Assembly (NCBI RefSeq): GCF_013004595.1
Contig: NZ_JABEMC010000009.1
Location: forward strand, 1 to 64,000
Length of the DNA: 64,000 nucleotides
Origin: Brevibacterium luteolum
Lineage (GTDB): Bacteria; Actinomycetota; Actinomycetes; Actinomycetales; Brevibacteriaceae
Direction of reading: 5' to 3'
Below, piece after piece: positions 50,075 to 59,051 of the stretch. Both the position numbers and the translations under genes were made by a program. The notes beneath the pieces are model-generated. The model saw only the letters and a list, made by a program, of their open reading frames with translations. It did no database searches and was not told where the DNA came from. Position 1 is the first letter of the stretch. The number at the start of each line of letters is the position of its first letter.

Positions 50075-50784
50075 CGGAGCACCATGCGATAGCCGACGCC
50101 GCGGACGGTCTCGACGAGGCCGCCACCGTCGGGCTCTTCACCGAGCTTGCGCCGCAGGTGGCCGATGTGGACGTCGACGATCCGTTCATCGCCGACCCAG
50201 GATGTGTCCCAGACGGCGTCGATGAGCTGCCGGCGGGAGAGCACGCGGTTGGGTGCTGCAGACAAGGCGACCAGCAGGTCGAACTCGGTGCGCGTCAGGG
50301 GAAGCACCGCATCGTCGCGGCGGACCTCATGGCCGGCGAGGTCGATGGTGAGGTCGCCGACGACGCGGACGGAGTCCTGGGGTGGGATTCCGGTGCGGGG
50401 ACGCCTGAGCACGGCATGGACCCGGGCGACCAGTTCCCGGACGCTGAAGGGCTTGGTGATGTAGTCATCAGCACCGGCGGCAAGGCCCATGAGCTTGTCG
50501 TTCTCACCACCGCGGGCGGTCAGGATCAGCACGTAGCACTCCGACATCGCCCGCACGCGACGGCAGACCTCGATGCCGTCCAGCCCGGGCAGTCCGAGGT
50601 CGAGGATCAGCACGTCAGGCTCCTCGGCCCTGACGCTGTCGAGCGCCTGGACTCCGGTGTGTGCCTGCTCAACGTGGAAGCCGTCTCGACTCAGATAGGT
50701 CGCCACCATCTGCGCCAGAGGCTTTTCATCCTCGGCAACGACGATGCGCCCGCCAGAGTGGTGGTCGGTTCGTTCAGCCCGCAT
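50071..50784 (-). CDS. OmpR-family response regulator (CopR-like)
   Basis: LDLGLPGLDG, GADDYITKPFS, TVRGVGYR. Confidence 0.93.
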   Translation of the reverse strand: MRAERTDHHSGGRIVVAEDEKPLAQMVATYLSRDGFHVEQAHTGVQALDSVRAEEPDVLILDLGLPGLDGIEVCRRVRAMSECYVLILTARGGENDKLMGLAAGADDYITKPFSVRELVARVHAVLRRPRTGIPPQDSVRVVGDLTIDLAGHEVRRDDAVLPLTRTEFDLLVALSAAPNRVLSRRQLIDAVWDTSWVGDERIVDVHIGHLRRKLGEEPDGGGLVETVRGVGYRMVLR

Positions 50785-50840
50785 GTACCCAGTCTGCCCC
50801 CAGTGCTGGCGGCGCACAGCCCTCAGCGCCCGCTGCGGCC

Positions 50841-50860
50841 GAATCTTCGTCAAACCTTCA
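50841..50860 (-). promoter_or_regulatory. CopR-type box upstream of the response regulator
   Basis: Minus strand TGAAGGTTT-GA-CGAAGATTC. Confidence 0.7.
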
Positions 50861-51790
50861 AACGCTCGAGCCTGTCCCGCGCTCGGACTGTCGGGTGATG
50901 TCGATGCTCGTGGCGGTCTCGGCCGGGCAGGTGCGCTCGATCTGCAGCGTAGAGAAGTAGGTGCCGAACCGGTCGGTGAGCAGGTCGGTCGCCTGTTCCA
51001 GCACGGCCTCATGCTGGGACGGGTTGACCACGTGCAGGTGCGCGGAGAAGACGGTGCGCCCCGAGGTGATGGTCCAGGCGTGCACGTGGTGGACGTCCTC
51101 AACCCCGTCGATCTCCTCCAGCGCGGCGATCGCCGCCGGCAGGTCGAGGTGCTCGGGGGTGCCCTGGAGCAGGATTCTTAAGGCCGACCGGATGATGGTC
51201 CACGACGCCCACAGCAGCACCACGCCGAACACCATGCCCAGCAGCGGGTCGATCGCGAGGAAGCCTGTCAGTCGGATGACCACCGCGGAGATGATGATGA
51301 TGATGCTGCCGACGAAGGTCTGCAGGATGTGCCAGAACGCGCCCTTGATGTTCAGGTTCGTCTTCTGCCGTCGGTAAAGCAACCAGAACGCGATGAGCTC
51401 GGTGACAATGCCACCGGCGGCCACCCAGAGCATCACCGTGGTGGGCAGCTCGATCGGATCGGCCAGCCGCATGGCACCCATGTAGAACACGTAGACGGCC
51501 ATCAAGGCGAGGAAGAGTCCGTTGAACAGGGCCCCGATGATCTCCGCGCGGGCCCACCCAAAAGTCTCCTGCGCAGTGGCGGGGCGTTGGCTCAGACGCT
51601 GAGCGACCAGCGCGATCAGCACCCCGCCGACAGCCGAGAACGTGTGGAAGGCATCGGAGACCACCGCAACCGACCCGGACCACAGCCCGATGACCAACTC
51701 GATGACGAAATACACTCCCGTCAACCACCCGGAGATCCGGAGGGCTTTGCGGTCTCCGTCGACCGGCAGATGTCCGCTGTGTTCGCTCAT
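50858..51790 (-). CDS. Cation diffusion facilitator transporter (CzcD-like)
   Basis: SDAFHT, TFGWARAEIIGA, NIKGAFWH, VHHVHAW. Confidence 0.92.
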   Translation of the reverse strand: MSEHSGHLPVDGDRKALRISGWLTGVYFVIELVIGLWSGSVAVVSDAFHTFSAVGGVLIALVAQRLSQRPATAQETFGWARAEIIGALFNGLFLALMAVYVFYMGAMRLADPIELPTTVMLWVAAGGIVTELIAFWLLYRRQKTNLNIKGAFWHILQTFVGSIIIIISAVVIRLTGFLAIDPLLGMVFGVVLLWASWTIIRSALRILLQGTPEHLDLPAAIAALEEIDGVEDVHHVHAWTITSGRTVFSAHLHVVNPSQHEAVLEQATDLLTDRFGTYFSTLQIERTCPAETATSIDITRQSERGTGSSV

Positions 51791-51908
51791 CCTGGCCTCC
51801 TAGTTGACCTGTCAGGGAAATGAACTTCCGGGGACAGCACACGGCGCCGTCGAGCCACGCGCTGATTCGAATGTAACCCGCCTCACCTCCACGAGGCTGT
51901 CACCAGGG

Positions 51909-51928
51909 CAATCTTCGCCAAATCTTCA
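51909..51928 (-). promoter_or_regulatory. CopR-type box between the CDF gene and the divergent tlpA
   Basis: Minus strand TGAAGATTT-GG-CGAAGATTG, with a further partial unit alongside. Confidence 0.75.
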
Positions 51929-52006
51929 AGAATCCTGGTCCCTTCACCCGTGGCGATCCCGCCAGAATGGAGGGAGTCGTTTCCTGCGAGTTGAAGAAGA
52001 AGAAGG

Positions 52007-52621
52007 ATGCTCTCACCTCTGTCACGTCGTTCGATGATCCGCCGGTCAGGCTCGTTGACCGTCCTCCTCGCACTTGGTCTGGCCGGGTGCGGCGCCAATA
52101 CCGACGAGCTGGCCGACCAGGTGCCGGAGGTCAATGAGCAGGGCTACATCTCCGGGGCCGGCGTCATCACCCAGCTGCCCCTCGGCGAGCGGGGGGAGCC
52201 GATCAAGTTGGCCGGTGAGTACACCGACGGCACCGCCTTCGACCTCGCCGACTGGCGCGGGGCCCCGGCGGTGCTCAACCTGTGGTACGCCGCCTGCCCC
52301 CCGTGCCGCAAGGAAGCCCCGGCGCTGCAGGCCAACTACGAGCGGTACCAAGAAAACGGCGTGAAGTTCTTGGGCATCAATGTCCGCGACGAGGCGCCGG
52401 CCGCCGACGCGTTCGCCAGGACCTTCGATCTGACGTTTCCCTCCATGCTGGATAAGGACGGCCTCGGCGTCGCCGCGCTCGGTTCGGTGCTGCCCCCGCA
52501 GGCGGTCCCGTCCACCGTTGTCCTGGACTCCCAGGGCCGGGCGGCAGCCCGGGTGATGGGAGCCGTGGACGAGTCCACCCTCAAAGCGTTGATCGGTGAC
52601 GTGTTGGAGGAACCGGCGTGA
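52007..52621 (+). CDS. TlpA/ResA-family disulfide reductase lipoprotein
   Basis: Lipobox LAGC, WYAACPPCRKEAP, VPST. Confidence 0.92.
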   Translation: MLSPLSRRSMIRRSGSLTVLLALGLAGCGANTDELADQVPEVNEQGYISGAGVITQLPLGERGEPIKLAGEYTDGTAFDLADWRGAPAVLNLWYAACPPCRKEAPALQANYERYQENGVKFLGINVRDEAPAADAFARTFDLTFPSMLDKDGLGVAALGSVLPPQAVPSTVVLDSQGRAAARVMGAVDESTLKALIGDVLEEPA

Positions 52622-53397
52622 TGCTGCTGGCCTCCATCGGGGAGACCTTCTCACAGACTGCGTTGTCCGGTCCGATGCTGCTGGCGATCCCGGTGGCGAT
52701 CCTCGCCGGGGCGGTCTCGTTCTTCTCCCCGTGCGTCCTGCCGCTGGTCCCCGGCTACGTCGGCTACGTCACCGGGTTGGGTGCCGCCGCGCTGACTGAC
52801 CGGAAGATCAGCCGGGTCGTCATCGGGGTCTCCCTGTTCATTGTCGGCTTCGCCGCCGTCTTCGTGTCGATGGGCCTGGCGTTCAGCCTCGCCGGTGTCT
52901 TGCTCAGCCAGTGGGCCGATGTCCTCAACCGCGTGATGGGCGTCGTCGTCATCATCGCCGGCATCGTGTTCATGGGCGGCATCGGCATGTTCCAACGCAC
53001 CGCCCGGATCAGCAAGCGTCCACCCGCCGGCCTCTGGGGCGCCCCCGCCCTGGGCGCCACCTTCGCCCTCAGCTGGGCACCGTGCATGGGCCCCACATTG
53101 GCGGCGGTGCTGGCACTGTCGACCAGCTTCGGGGCGACCGGCGCCGACGGCATCTGGCGGGGTGCCCTGCTGACATTGATGTACTGCCTCGGACTGGGAG
53201 TGCCGTTCATCGTCGTGGCCGTGCTCATCGTCAAGGGCACCGGCAGGCTGCAGTGGGCCAGAGACCACCACCTCCTGATCAGCAGGATCGGCGGCGCGAT
53301 GCTCATCATCATCGGCGTGCTGCTCGTCAGCGGCGTCTGGACCCAGTGGGTCAACAGCCTGCAAGGCATGATCGGCGGCTTCGAGACCATCATCTGA
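52618..53397 (+). CDS. ccdA: Cytochrome c biogenesis CcdA-family protein
   Basis: SFFSPCVLPLVPGY, WAPCMGP. Confidence 0.92.
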   Translation: MMLLASIGETFSQTALSGPMLLAIPVAILAGAVSFFSPCVLPLVPGYVGYVTGLGAAALTDRKISRVVIGVSLFIVGFAAVFVSMGLAFSLAGVLLSQWADVLNRVMGVVVIIAGIVFMGGIGMFQRTARISKRPPAGLWGAPALGATFALSWAPCMGPTLAAVLALSTSFGATGADGIWRGALLTLMYCLGLGVPFIVVAVLIVKGTGRLQWARDHHLLISRIGGAMLIIIGVLLVSGVWTQWVNSLQGMIGGFETII

Positions 53398-53486
53398 CAC
53401 CCCCTGACCACTCAGCGAGACCACCCCCGCGCAGCCGTCACTGCTGTGCATGCTGACCCTCGGGCACCCGCCCGAACGACAAGGAG

Positions 53487-54068
53487 ATGAAAGTGAAACG
53501 GACAGCAATCATGACAGCCGCTCTCTCGCTGGTGCTGGCAGGATGCGCCCCGGCAGCAGACTCCCAACCAGCACCCGGCGCCGGCTCGCAGGCGGAGCTC
53601 CTTGCCACTTTCGATCTCGAAAGCATGGATGCCGTCGAGATCATCGATCATCTGGACCAGCTCGAAATCGCCGACAGGCCAGCAGATCTGATCGCATCGG
53701 TCTATCCCGATGAGCTGGTGCTGACCGACAACAGGCAGGAAGTGACCCTGGACCTGCCGCAGAACCTGTCCTACCTGTCGATCGCCCCCTACGTCGAGCA
53801 GACACACGACTGCTTCTACCACAGCCTGACCACCTGCCAGGGCGAGCTCAGCAACGAAACCATCGACGTCCAAATCACCGACAGCACCACCGGTGAAACC
53901 GTGGTCGATGAACAGATCACCACCTTCGACAACGGGTTCGTCGGCTTCTGGGTGCCCAGCGACATCAACGGCACCATCGAGATCAGCCATGACGGCCGGA
54001 CGGGCACCTCGGACTTCACCACCACTGACGACGGTGCCACCTGCATCACCGACCTGCAGCTCGCATGA
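53487..54068 (+). CDS. CueP-family copper-binding lipoprotein
   Basis: Lipobox LAGC, APYVEQTHDCFYHSLTTCQGEL, NGFVGFW, TCIT. Confidence 0.88.
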   Translation: MKVKRTAIMTAALSLVLAGCAPAADSQPAPGAGSQAELLATFDLESMDAVEIIDHLDQLEIADRPADLIASVYPDELVLTDNRQEVTLDLPQNLSYLSIAPYVEQTHDCFYHSLTTCQGELSNETIDVQITDSTTGETVVDEQITTFDNGFVGFWVPSDINGTIEISHDGRTGTSDFTTTDDGATCITDLQLA

Positions 54069-54122
54069 CATCCGGTGAGCGAACGCGATTCCAGCAGACC
54101 CGGATGTCATGCGAGCTGCCCA

Positions 54123-54779
54123 TTATGAGGCAGAAGCAGTGAGCTGATCGGCGAGCTGTTCCCAGATTGCATCAGCCCACAGGGCGTGGCCCGTCGCGTT
54201 GGGGTGAAAGTAGTCGCCCGAGAACGTCGCCAGATACTCGCGAAGCGACAGTGCTTTGGTTGCAGTATCAATGTCAGCAATGGCGTGACCGTGCAGGCTG
54301 GCTGCTTGTCGTATCGCGTGGTTCGCTCTAATTGCGCGGCGGTCGTATGGCCAGTGCAGGAAATTCGGCACCAGACCCATCACCGCTCCCTGGGGCAGTT
54401 TCGAAGCGACCGCTGTCATATCACGTGCGAAGTCGTCAGTCTTGAAAGCTGGTGCCCAGGCCACATCGTTGCTACCGATCACGCAGGTCACGAAATCCGG
54501 TGCCGTGACCTCAGCAAGCTTTGGTAGCTGCGCGTCCAGTACATTCTTGGCTCTTGCCCCATAGGTCGATAGATTCACGACCCGGACTGTCTCACCGGTG
54601 ACCTCCGCAAGTCGTTTGGCGATCACGCCGACATAGCCTCGGGCGGGGTCATCCACTCCGACGCCAACGCCTGCCGAGTCGCCAAGTGCCACATAGGTCA
54701 GCGTGCCTTCTTGGGGTTGTGCCCAATGCATCATGTGGTTGCGTGATTGTGCGCGGCCGCGCCGTAATGCGATACCCAC
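54123..54779 (-). CDS. SGNH/GDSL hydrolase
   Basis: VALGDSAG, GSND, DYFHPN; probable leaderless GTG at 54779 after TATATT; lower GC than neighbours. Confidence 0.85.
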   Translation of the reverse strand: MGIALRRGRAQSRNHMMHWAQPQEGTLTYVALGDSAGVGVGVDDPARGYVGVIAKRLAEVTGETVRVVNLSTYGARAKNVLDAQLPKLAEVTAPDFVTCVIGSNDVAWAPAFKTDDFARDMTAVASKLPQGAVMGLVPNFLHWPYDRRAIRANHAIRQAASLHGHAIADIDTATKALSLREYLATFSGDYFHPNATGHALWADAIWEQLADQLTASAS

Positions 54780-54786
54780 GCGGCCA

Positions 54787-54905
54787 ATATACCCCAGACG
54801 GTATATGCGAAGCACCCACTAGTGCTAAGGGCTCAAAAAGAGCGGAGGTTCGGAGTGTCAAAAAGGGTATGCGCCGCTCGACATGTTTTATGCCCTCTAG
54901 GGTAT
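54787..54905. promoter_or_regulatory. Two CsoR-family-type operators in a divergent intergenic region
   Basis: ATATACC-CCAGAC-GGTATAT (54787-54806) and ATGCCC-TCTA-GGGTAT (54890-54905). Confidence 0.65.
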
Positions 54906-54964
54906 TTTTTCCATGTACGAGACCCCGAGGCTGCCTCAGCGGCAGCACAGGAAGGAGGCACACC

Positions 54965-55162
54965 ATGTGCCGACCAGTGCGCTGCAAAGTGTGCGAGAAG
55001 ACGACCTGGGCCGGCTGCGGCCAGCACATCTCCCAGGTCAAGGCCCAGGTGCCGTCCGGGCAGTGGTGCAACGGCAAGCACACCCAGGCTGAGAAGGAGG
55101 CCGCGAGCGCCAAGAGCGGCGGCGGATTCTTCGCCCGCCTCTTCAGTAGCCGCAGGAGCTGA
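54965..55162 (+). CDS. Small Cys/His-rich protein (65 aa)
   Basis: MCRPVRCKVCEKTTWAGCGQH...WCNGKH; GGAGG RBS. Confidence 0.85.
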   Translation: MCRPVRCKVCEKTTWAGCGQHISQVKAQVPSGQWCNGKHTQAEKEAASAKSGGGFFARLFSSRRS

Positions 55163-55174
55163 GCGCGACCGGGC

Positions 55175-55432
55175 TCAGGCCAGGGAGAGGAACATCTTCT
55201 CCAGTTCGCGCACGTCGACATCGGCTCCGCCTTCAGCGATGCAGTGGTGGAGCGTGTCGGCGATGATCGCGAATCCGGCGCGGTCGACGGCTGAGGAGAC
55301 AGCGGCCAGCTGGTTGGTAACGTCCTGGCATTCGCTGCCCTCTTCGACCATCCGGATGACGGCCGCGAGCTGACCGTTGGCCCGCTTGAGCCGGTTGATC
55401 GCCGGCTTGAGCGTCTCAGTGTTGACCTGCAT
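55175..55432 (-). CDS. CsoR/RcnR-family regulator, non-canonical ligand set
   Basis: NRLKRANGQL, ECQDVTNQLAAV, TLHHC, LEKMFLSLA. Confidence 0.9.
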   Translation of the reverse strand: MQVNTETLKPAINRLKRANGQLAAVIRMVEEGSECQDVTNQLAAVSSAVDRAGFAIIADTLHHCIAEGGADVDVRELEKMFLSLA

Positions 55433-55554
55433 CCTGTCCTCCTCCCAACGCCACGGCGGCGCCTGTCTGAAGTCATTTTACTGGCTTCTGCAGGCGCCGC
55501 CGCTGTTGTCTGCACGGCCGCGTCTCAAGCGGTGACGGACAGGGGTGCTGCCGG

Positions 55555-56697
55555 TCAGGAACCGTTGCCGGTGGCGTCCGGATCGTCACCGTCTGTGTCG
55601 TCTGGATCCTGGTCGTCGGCGTCCTGGTCGCTGAGCTCACCGGAGGTGTTCCCACTGACGTAGTCGACTGCGATGGCACCGCTGGTGCTGCGGATGCTGA
55701 TCGGCACGACGGTCTTGCCGTGGCCGTCGCGGATGGTGTCGATGTTGACATCGGCCGTGCCGTTGCCTGCGGTGTTGACCAGGTAGCCGTCGGCATCAGC
55801 ACCAGGGACGTCGGACAGGCGCGGCACTCGCAGATCGACTGACCCGAAGCTGGTAGCCAGATCGATGCCGCTGGCCGGCACCGCCTCCGTGCTGAGCCCG
55901 ATGTCGATGGCGCCGGCATCGGTGAGGGCGGTGAGCTGGTCGGTGACGGTGAGGGCTTCGCCGTTGATGGTGCCGAGATCGGCGGTGACGTTGACGATCT
56001 CGTGGCGGCCGCTGAGCTCGACGGCTCCGGTCTTCGTCTCGATCGTCAGCTCGCGGGTGGTGAGCCCCTCCGTGTCGATCGCACCGAGATCGCTGAAAGC
56101 GCGCACCTGGTCGAACTGCCCGGCGATGTAGACCGCCGAGACCTGTGAACGGGCTTCAAGCTGTATCTTCTCCGCCATCTCCTCAGGCACCTGCACGTCG
56201 ACACGCAGGTCGCCGGCAGGTCCGAAGGTGCGTCCGGCCACTCGGGAAACGGAGATGACGGTGCGGCCGTCGGCGTCTTCTTCGATTGTGAGGTCGGGCT
56301 GGTGCTTGGTGCCGTTGTACTCCAGGTTCACCTGTGCCGCGGTGGCTGTGGTGGTGCTGATGTCGACGACGCCGGTGGGCACGTCGACGAGCAGGCCGTC
56401 GGCACCTGGGGTGAACGATTCGCTTGTCTCGTAGTGACGGGTCTGCAGGGCCTGGGCGAACATCGTTCCGCCGAATGACAGCGGCAGCAGCACGGCCAGA
56501 GCTGCGACGATCGCGATGACGGCGCGGATCCCGGTGCGGGTACCGGAGGTCACGCGCTCAGGCCGGAAGGCGGTCTCCGGGTTCGAGCGCACCTGCTGGC
56601 TGCCGCGCTGGCCTGGCTGCTGGGAGCCTGCCGACTGGTAGGACGGCTGGGGGTTCGGCTGGCTGGGGTTCTGGTGTCGGTTCTGCGGGAATGACAT
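55555..56697 (-). CDS. DUF4097-family beta-strand repeat membrane protein
   Basis: One TM segment followed by repeated (T/S)xxGxI motifs; downstream of the two-component system. Confidence 0.75.
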   Translation of the reverse strand: MSFPQNRHQNPSQPNPQPSYQSAGSQQPGQRGSQQVRSNPETAFRPERVTSGTRTGIRAVIAIVAALAVLLPLSFGGTMFAQALQTRHYETSESFTPGADGLLVDVPTGVVDISTTTATAAQVNLEYNGTKHQPDLTIEEDADGRTVISVSRVAGRTFGPAGDLRVDVQVPEEMAEKIQLEARSQVSAVYIAGQFDQVRAFSDLGAIDTEGLTTRELTIETKTGAVELSGRHEIVNVTADLGTINGEALTVTDQLTALTDAGAIDIGLSTEAVPASGIDLATSFGSVDLRVPRLSDVPGADADGYLVNTAGNGTADVNIDTIRDGHGKTVVPISIRSTSGAIAVDYVSGNTSGELSDQDADDQDPDDTDGDDPDATGNGS

Positions 56698-56709
56698 GGC
56701 GGGTACCTC

Positions 56710-57372
56710 CTAGGCCCCGAGGAACCGCAGCACGGCAAGGACGCGGCGGTTCTCTGATGTGTCGGCCATGAGACCGAATTTCGTGAAGATCGAGCTGATG
56801 TGCTTCTCGACAGCACCAGCGCTGAGGTAGAGACTGCCGGCGATCGCGGAGTTCGACTTGCCCTCGGCCATGAGCTGGAGGACCTCGCGCTCCCGGGCGG
56901 TCAGATCGGACAGGCCGTCCTGCTTGCGGGTGCGCACGAGGATCTGGCTGACGACCTCGGGGTCGAGCACGGTGCCTCCGCCGGCGACTTCGGTGACGGC
57001 TGCGAGGAAGTCCTCGACATCGGCCACGCGGTCCTTGAGCAGGTAACCGAAGCCGCCGGAGTTGTCGGCGATGAGGTCGCGGGCGTAGCGCTCCTCGACG
57101 TACTGGGAGAGGACGATGACGCCGACCTCGGGGTTCTGCGAGCGCACGAGCACCGCGGCCCGGATGCCCTCGTCGGTGAAGGTCGGCGGCATCCGCACGT
57201 CGACGATCGCCAGATCCGGTGGCCCGTCAGGCGACTGGGCGGCGGTGTTGATCGCAGCGAGGAACTCGTTGGCGTCTCCGACGGCTGCCACGATCTCGTG
57301 TCCGGCGTCGGTCAGCAGCCTGACGAGGCCCTCCCGCAGCAGCACGGCGTCTTCGGCGATGATTATGCGCAT
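56710..57372 (-). CDS. NarL/LuxR-family response regulator
   Basis: MRIIIAED, DVRMPPTFTDEG, GYLLKDRV, LTAREREVL, RRVLAVL. Confidence 0.95.
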   Translation of the reverse strand: MRIIIAEDAVLLREGLVRLLTDAGHEIVAAVGDANEFLAAINTAAQSPDGPPDLAIVDVRMPPTFTDEGIRAAVLVRSQNPEVGVIVLSQYVEERYARDLIADNSGGFGYLLKDRVADVEDFLAAVTEVAGGGTVLDPEVVSQILVRTRKQDGLSDLTAREREVLQLMAEGKSNSAIAGSLYLSAGAVEKHISSIFTKFGLMADTSENRRVLAVLRFLGA

Positions 57373-58940
57373 GGCACCTCCACTACCAGGGTTGTCGGGC
57401 CGCCGACCGGGCTGGTCAGGGCCCATGTGCCGCGGGCTGCGGTCACACGGTCAGCCAACCCGGCCAGCCCCGAGCCGACCACTGGGTCGACGCGTGCGCC
57501 GCCGCGGCCGTTGTCGCTGACGCTGATGTGCAGCCGGCCGTCGCGCACATAGATCCTGACGTGGGCCTCGGCCTCGGCTTCGCTGCTCACCTTCGTTAGC
57601 GGCACCGAGCCGGTGACACCGGCGAGCTGAGCGGCGGAGTGGTCGAGGAGATCGACGGTGACGCGGACTGGAACGGCACAGCGGGCGGCCAGGGCCGAGA
57701 CGGCGGCGTCGAGGCCGCGGTCGCTGAGCACAGCCGGGTGGATGCCGCGGGCGAGCTGGCGCAGCTCGGTGATCGCCGCCTTCGACTCGGCGTGGGCTTC
57801 GGTCAGCAGCGCCTTGGCCGCCTCGGGGTCGGTGTCCATCTTGGCCTTGGCCATCCCGAGTTTCATCGAGGTCGCCACGAGCATCGGCTGCACGCCGTCG
57901 TGGAGGTCGCGTTCGATGCGCAGCCGCTCACTCGTCGCAGCGTCGACGGCACCGGCACGGGCGCGGTCGAGGGTCTTGACCTCAGCGCGCAGCGCCTCGG
58001 TGCGGGTCGCAGGCAGCAGGGCGCGGTCGAGGGCGCGGTCCGGGTACGGGCTCAGCAGCAGGATGAGGACGGTGGAGACGAAGGCGGCCAGGGCGATGAG
58101 GCCGCTGCCGAGGCGGGAGAAGTCGCCCAGCTGTCCGGGGAGGAACTCGGGGTTGAGCGCCGCGGCAAGCAGCCCGGCGAAGGTCAGGCCGAGAGCGGCG
58201 AGCCCGCAGACGAAGCCGCCGTAGATGACCTTGATGTAGTGGTGGGCGGTTGAGCGCCAGAAGCTGGGGGACTTGAACACCAGCCACTGGTTATGCATGA
58301 ACCGGCTGAAGCCCGGCGCATAGGCTGACTCGGGTGTCGGGGCTGAGGCGATGCCGTCGCCGTAGATCGCCTCAGCGCGGAAGCGTTCGGCGCGGTTGAT
58401 CCCGCGCTGCAGCAGGAACCACAGGAACAGACCGATGAGTCCGAGCCCGAGTGCGAACAGGCCGCTGAGACCGACGAAGAGCACGGTAATCGGCAGCCAC
58501 AGCCACGCGACTGCCAGCACGCCGGAGACGATGACGTTGGCGATGCCGAAGAAGCCGGGATGGCCTTTGCGCCACTTTCTCTCGGTCAGTTGGGCAACCG
58601 CCGGCTGCCAGGCCGGGCTTTCTGCCGCGCCGGGGACCGGCGCCGGAGGTGCAGGCGGAGTGCCGCCTGTGCCTGCTGCGGTGTCCGTGCCCGAGGCGGT
58701 GGCCGCCTCGGTCTCGTCAGCGCGGTCGACCTGGGCGGCTGAGTCGGCCTGGGCGGCTGCGCCGGCCTGGGCGGCTGCGTCGGCCGGGTGGTTCTGGTCG
58801 TTCTCGTCGCCGGTCGGGATGACGGCGGTCGGGGCGGGGGTGGCGGGTTCCGGGGGTGTGCTCGGTGTGCCCTGCGGCAGGGGGATGGTCGGACGTGTGA
58901 CGTCCTCGCGGGCCCCGTCTGGGCTGGGTGTGGTGTTCAT
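57363..58940 (-). CDS. HisKA_3 sensor histidine kinase with an apparent in-frame deletion of the N-box
   Basis: RIERDLHDG, RGIHPAVL, DNGRGG and GSGLAGL are present; ExxxN..H is absent. Confidence 0.85.
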   Translation of the reverse strand: MNTTPSPDGAREDVTRPTIPLPQGTPSTPPEPATPAPTAVIPTGDENDQNHPADAAAQAGAAAQADSAAQVDRADETEAATASGTDTAAGTGGTPPAPPAPVPGAAESPAWQPAVAQLTERKWRKGHPGFFGIANVIVSGVLAVAWLWLPITVLFVGLSGLFALGLGLIGLFLWFLLQRGINRAERFRAEAIYGDGIASAPTPESAYAPGFSRFMHNQWLVFKSPSFWRSTAHHYIKVIYGGFVCGLAALGLTFAGLLAAALNPEFLPGQLGDFSRLGSGLIALAAFVSTVLILLLSPYPDRALDRALLPATRTEALRAEVKTLDRARAGAVDAATSERLRIERDLHDGVQPMLVATSMKLGMAKAKMDTDPEAAKALLTEAHAESKAAITELRQLARGIHPAVLSDRGLDAAVSALAARCAVPVRVTVDLLDHSAAQLAGVTGSVPLTKVSSEAEAEAHVRIYVRDGRLHISVSDNGRGGARVDPVVGSGLAGLADRVTAARGTWALTSPVGGPTTLVVEVPCA

Positions 58941-59051
58941 AGCTTCACTGTATTTTCGCCGCGAGCATGCCGGACATGGAGCCAACCATCCACGTGAGTC
59001 GGGTTTTCCCTACTCGGTCTCCCCCACCTCGGGAACGGCCGGCCGGTCATG

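Noticed and set aside
44857..54832. Weak inverted similarity CTTAGC...AGTG near the two island ends as terminal repeats
   Set aside because: Too short and gapped; no target duplication or recombinase seen.
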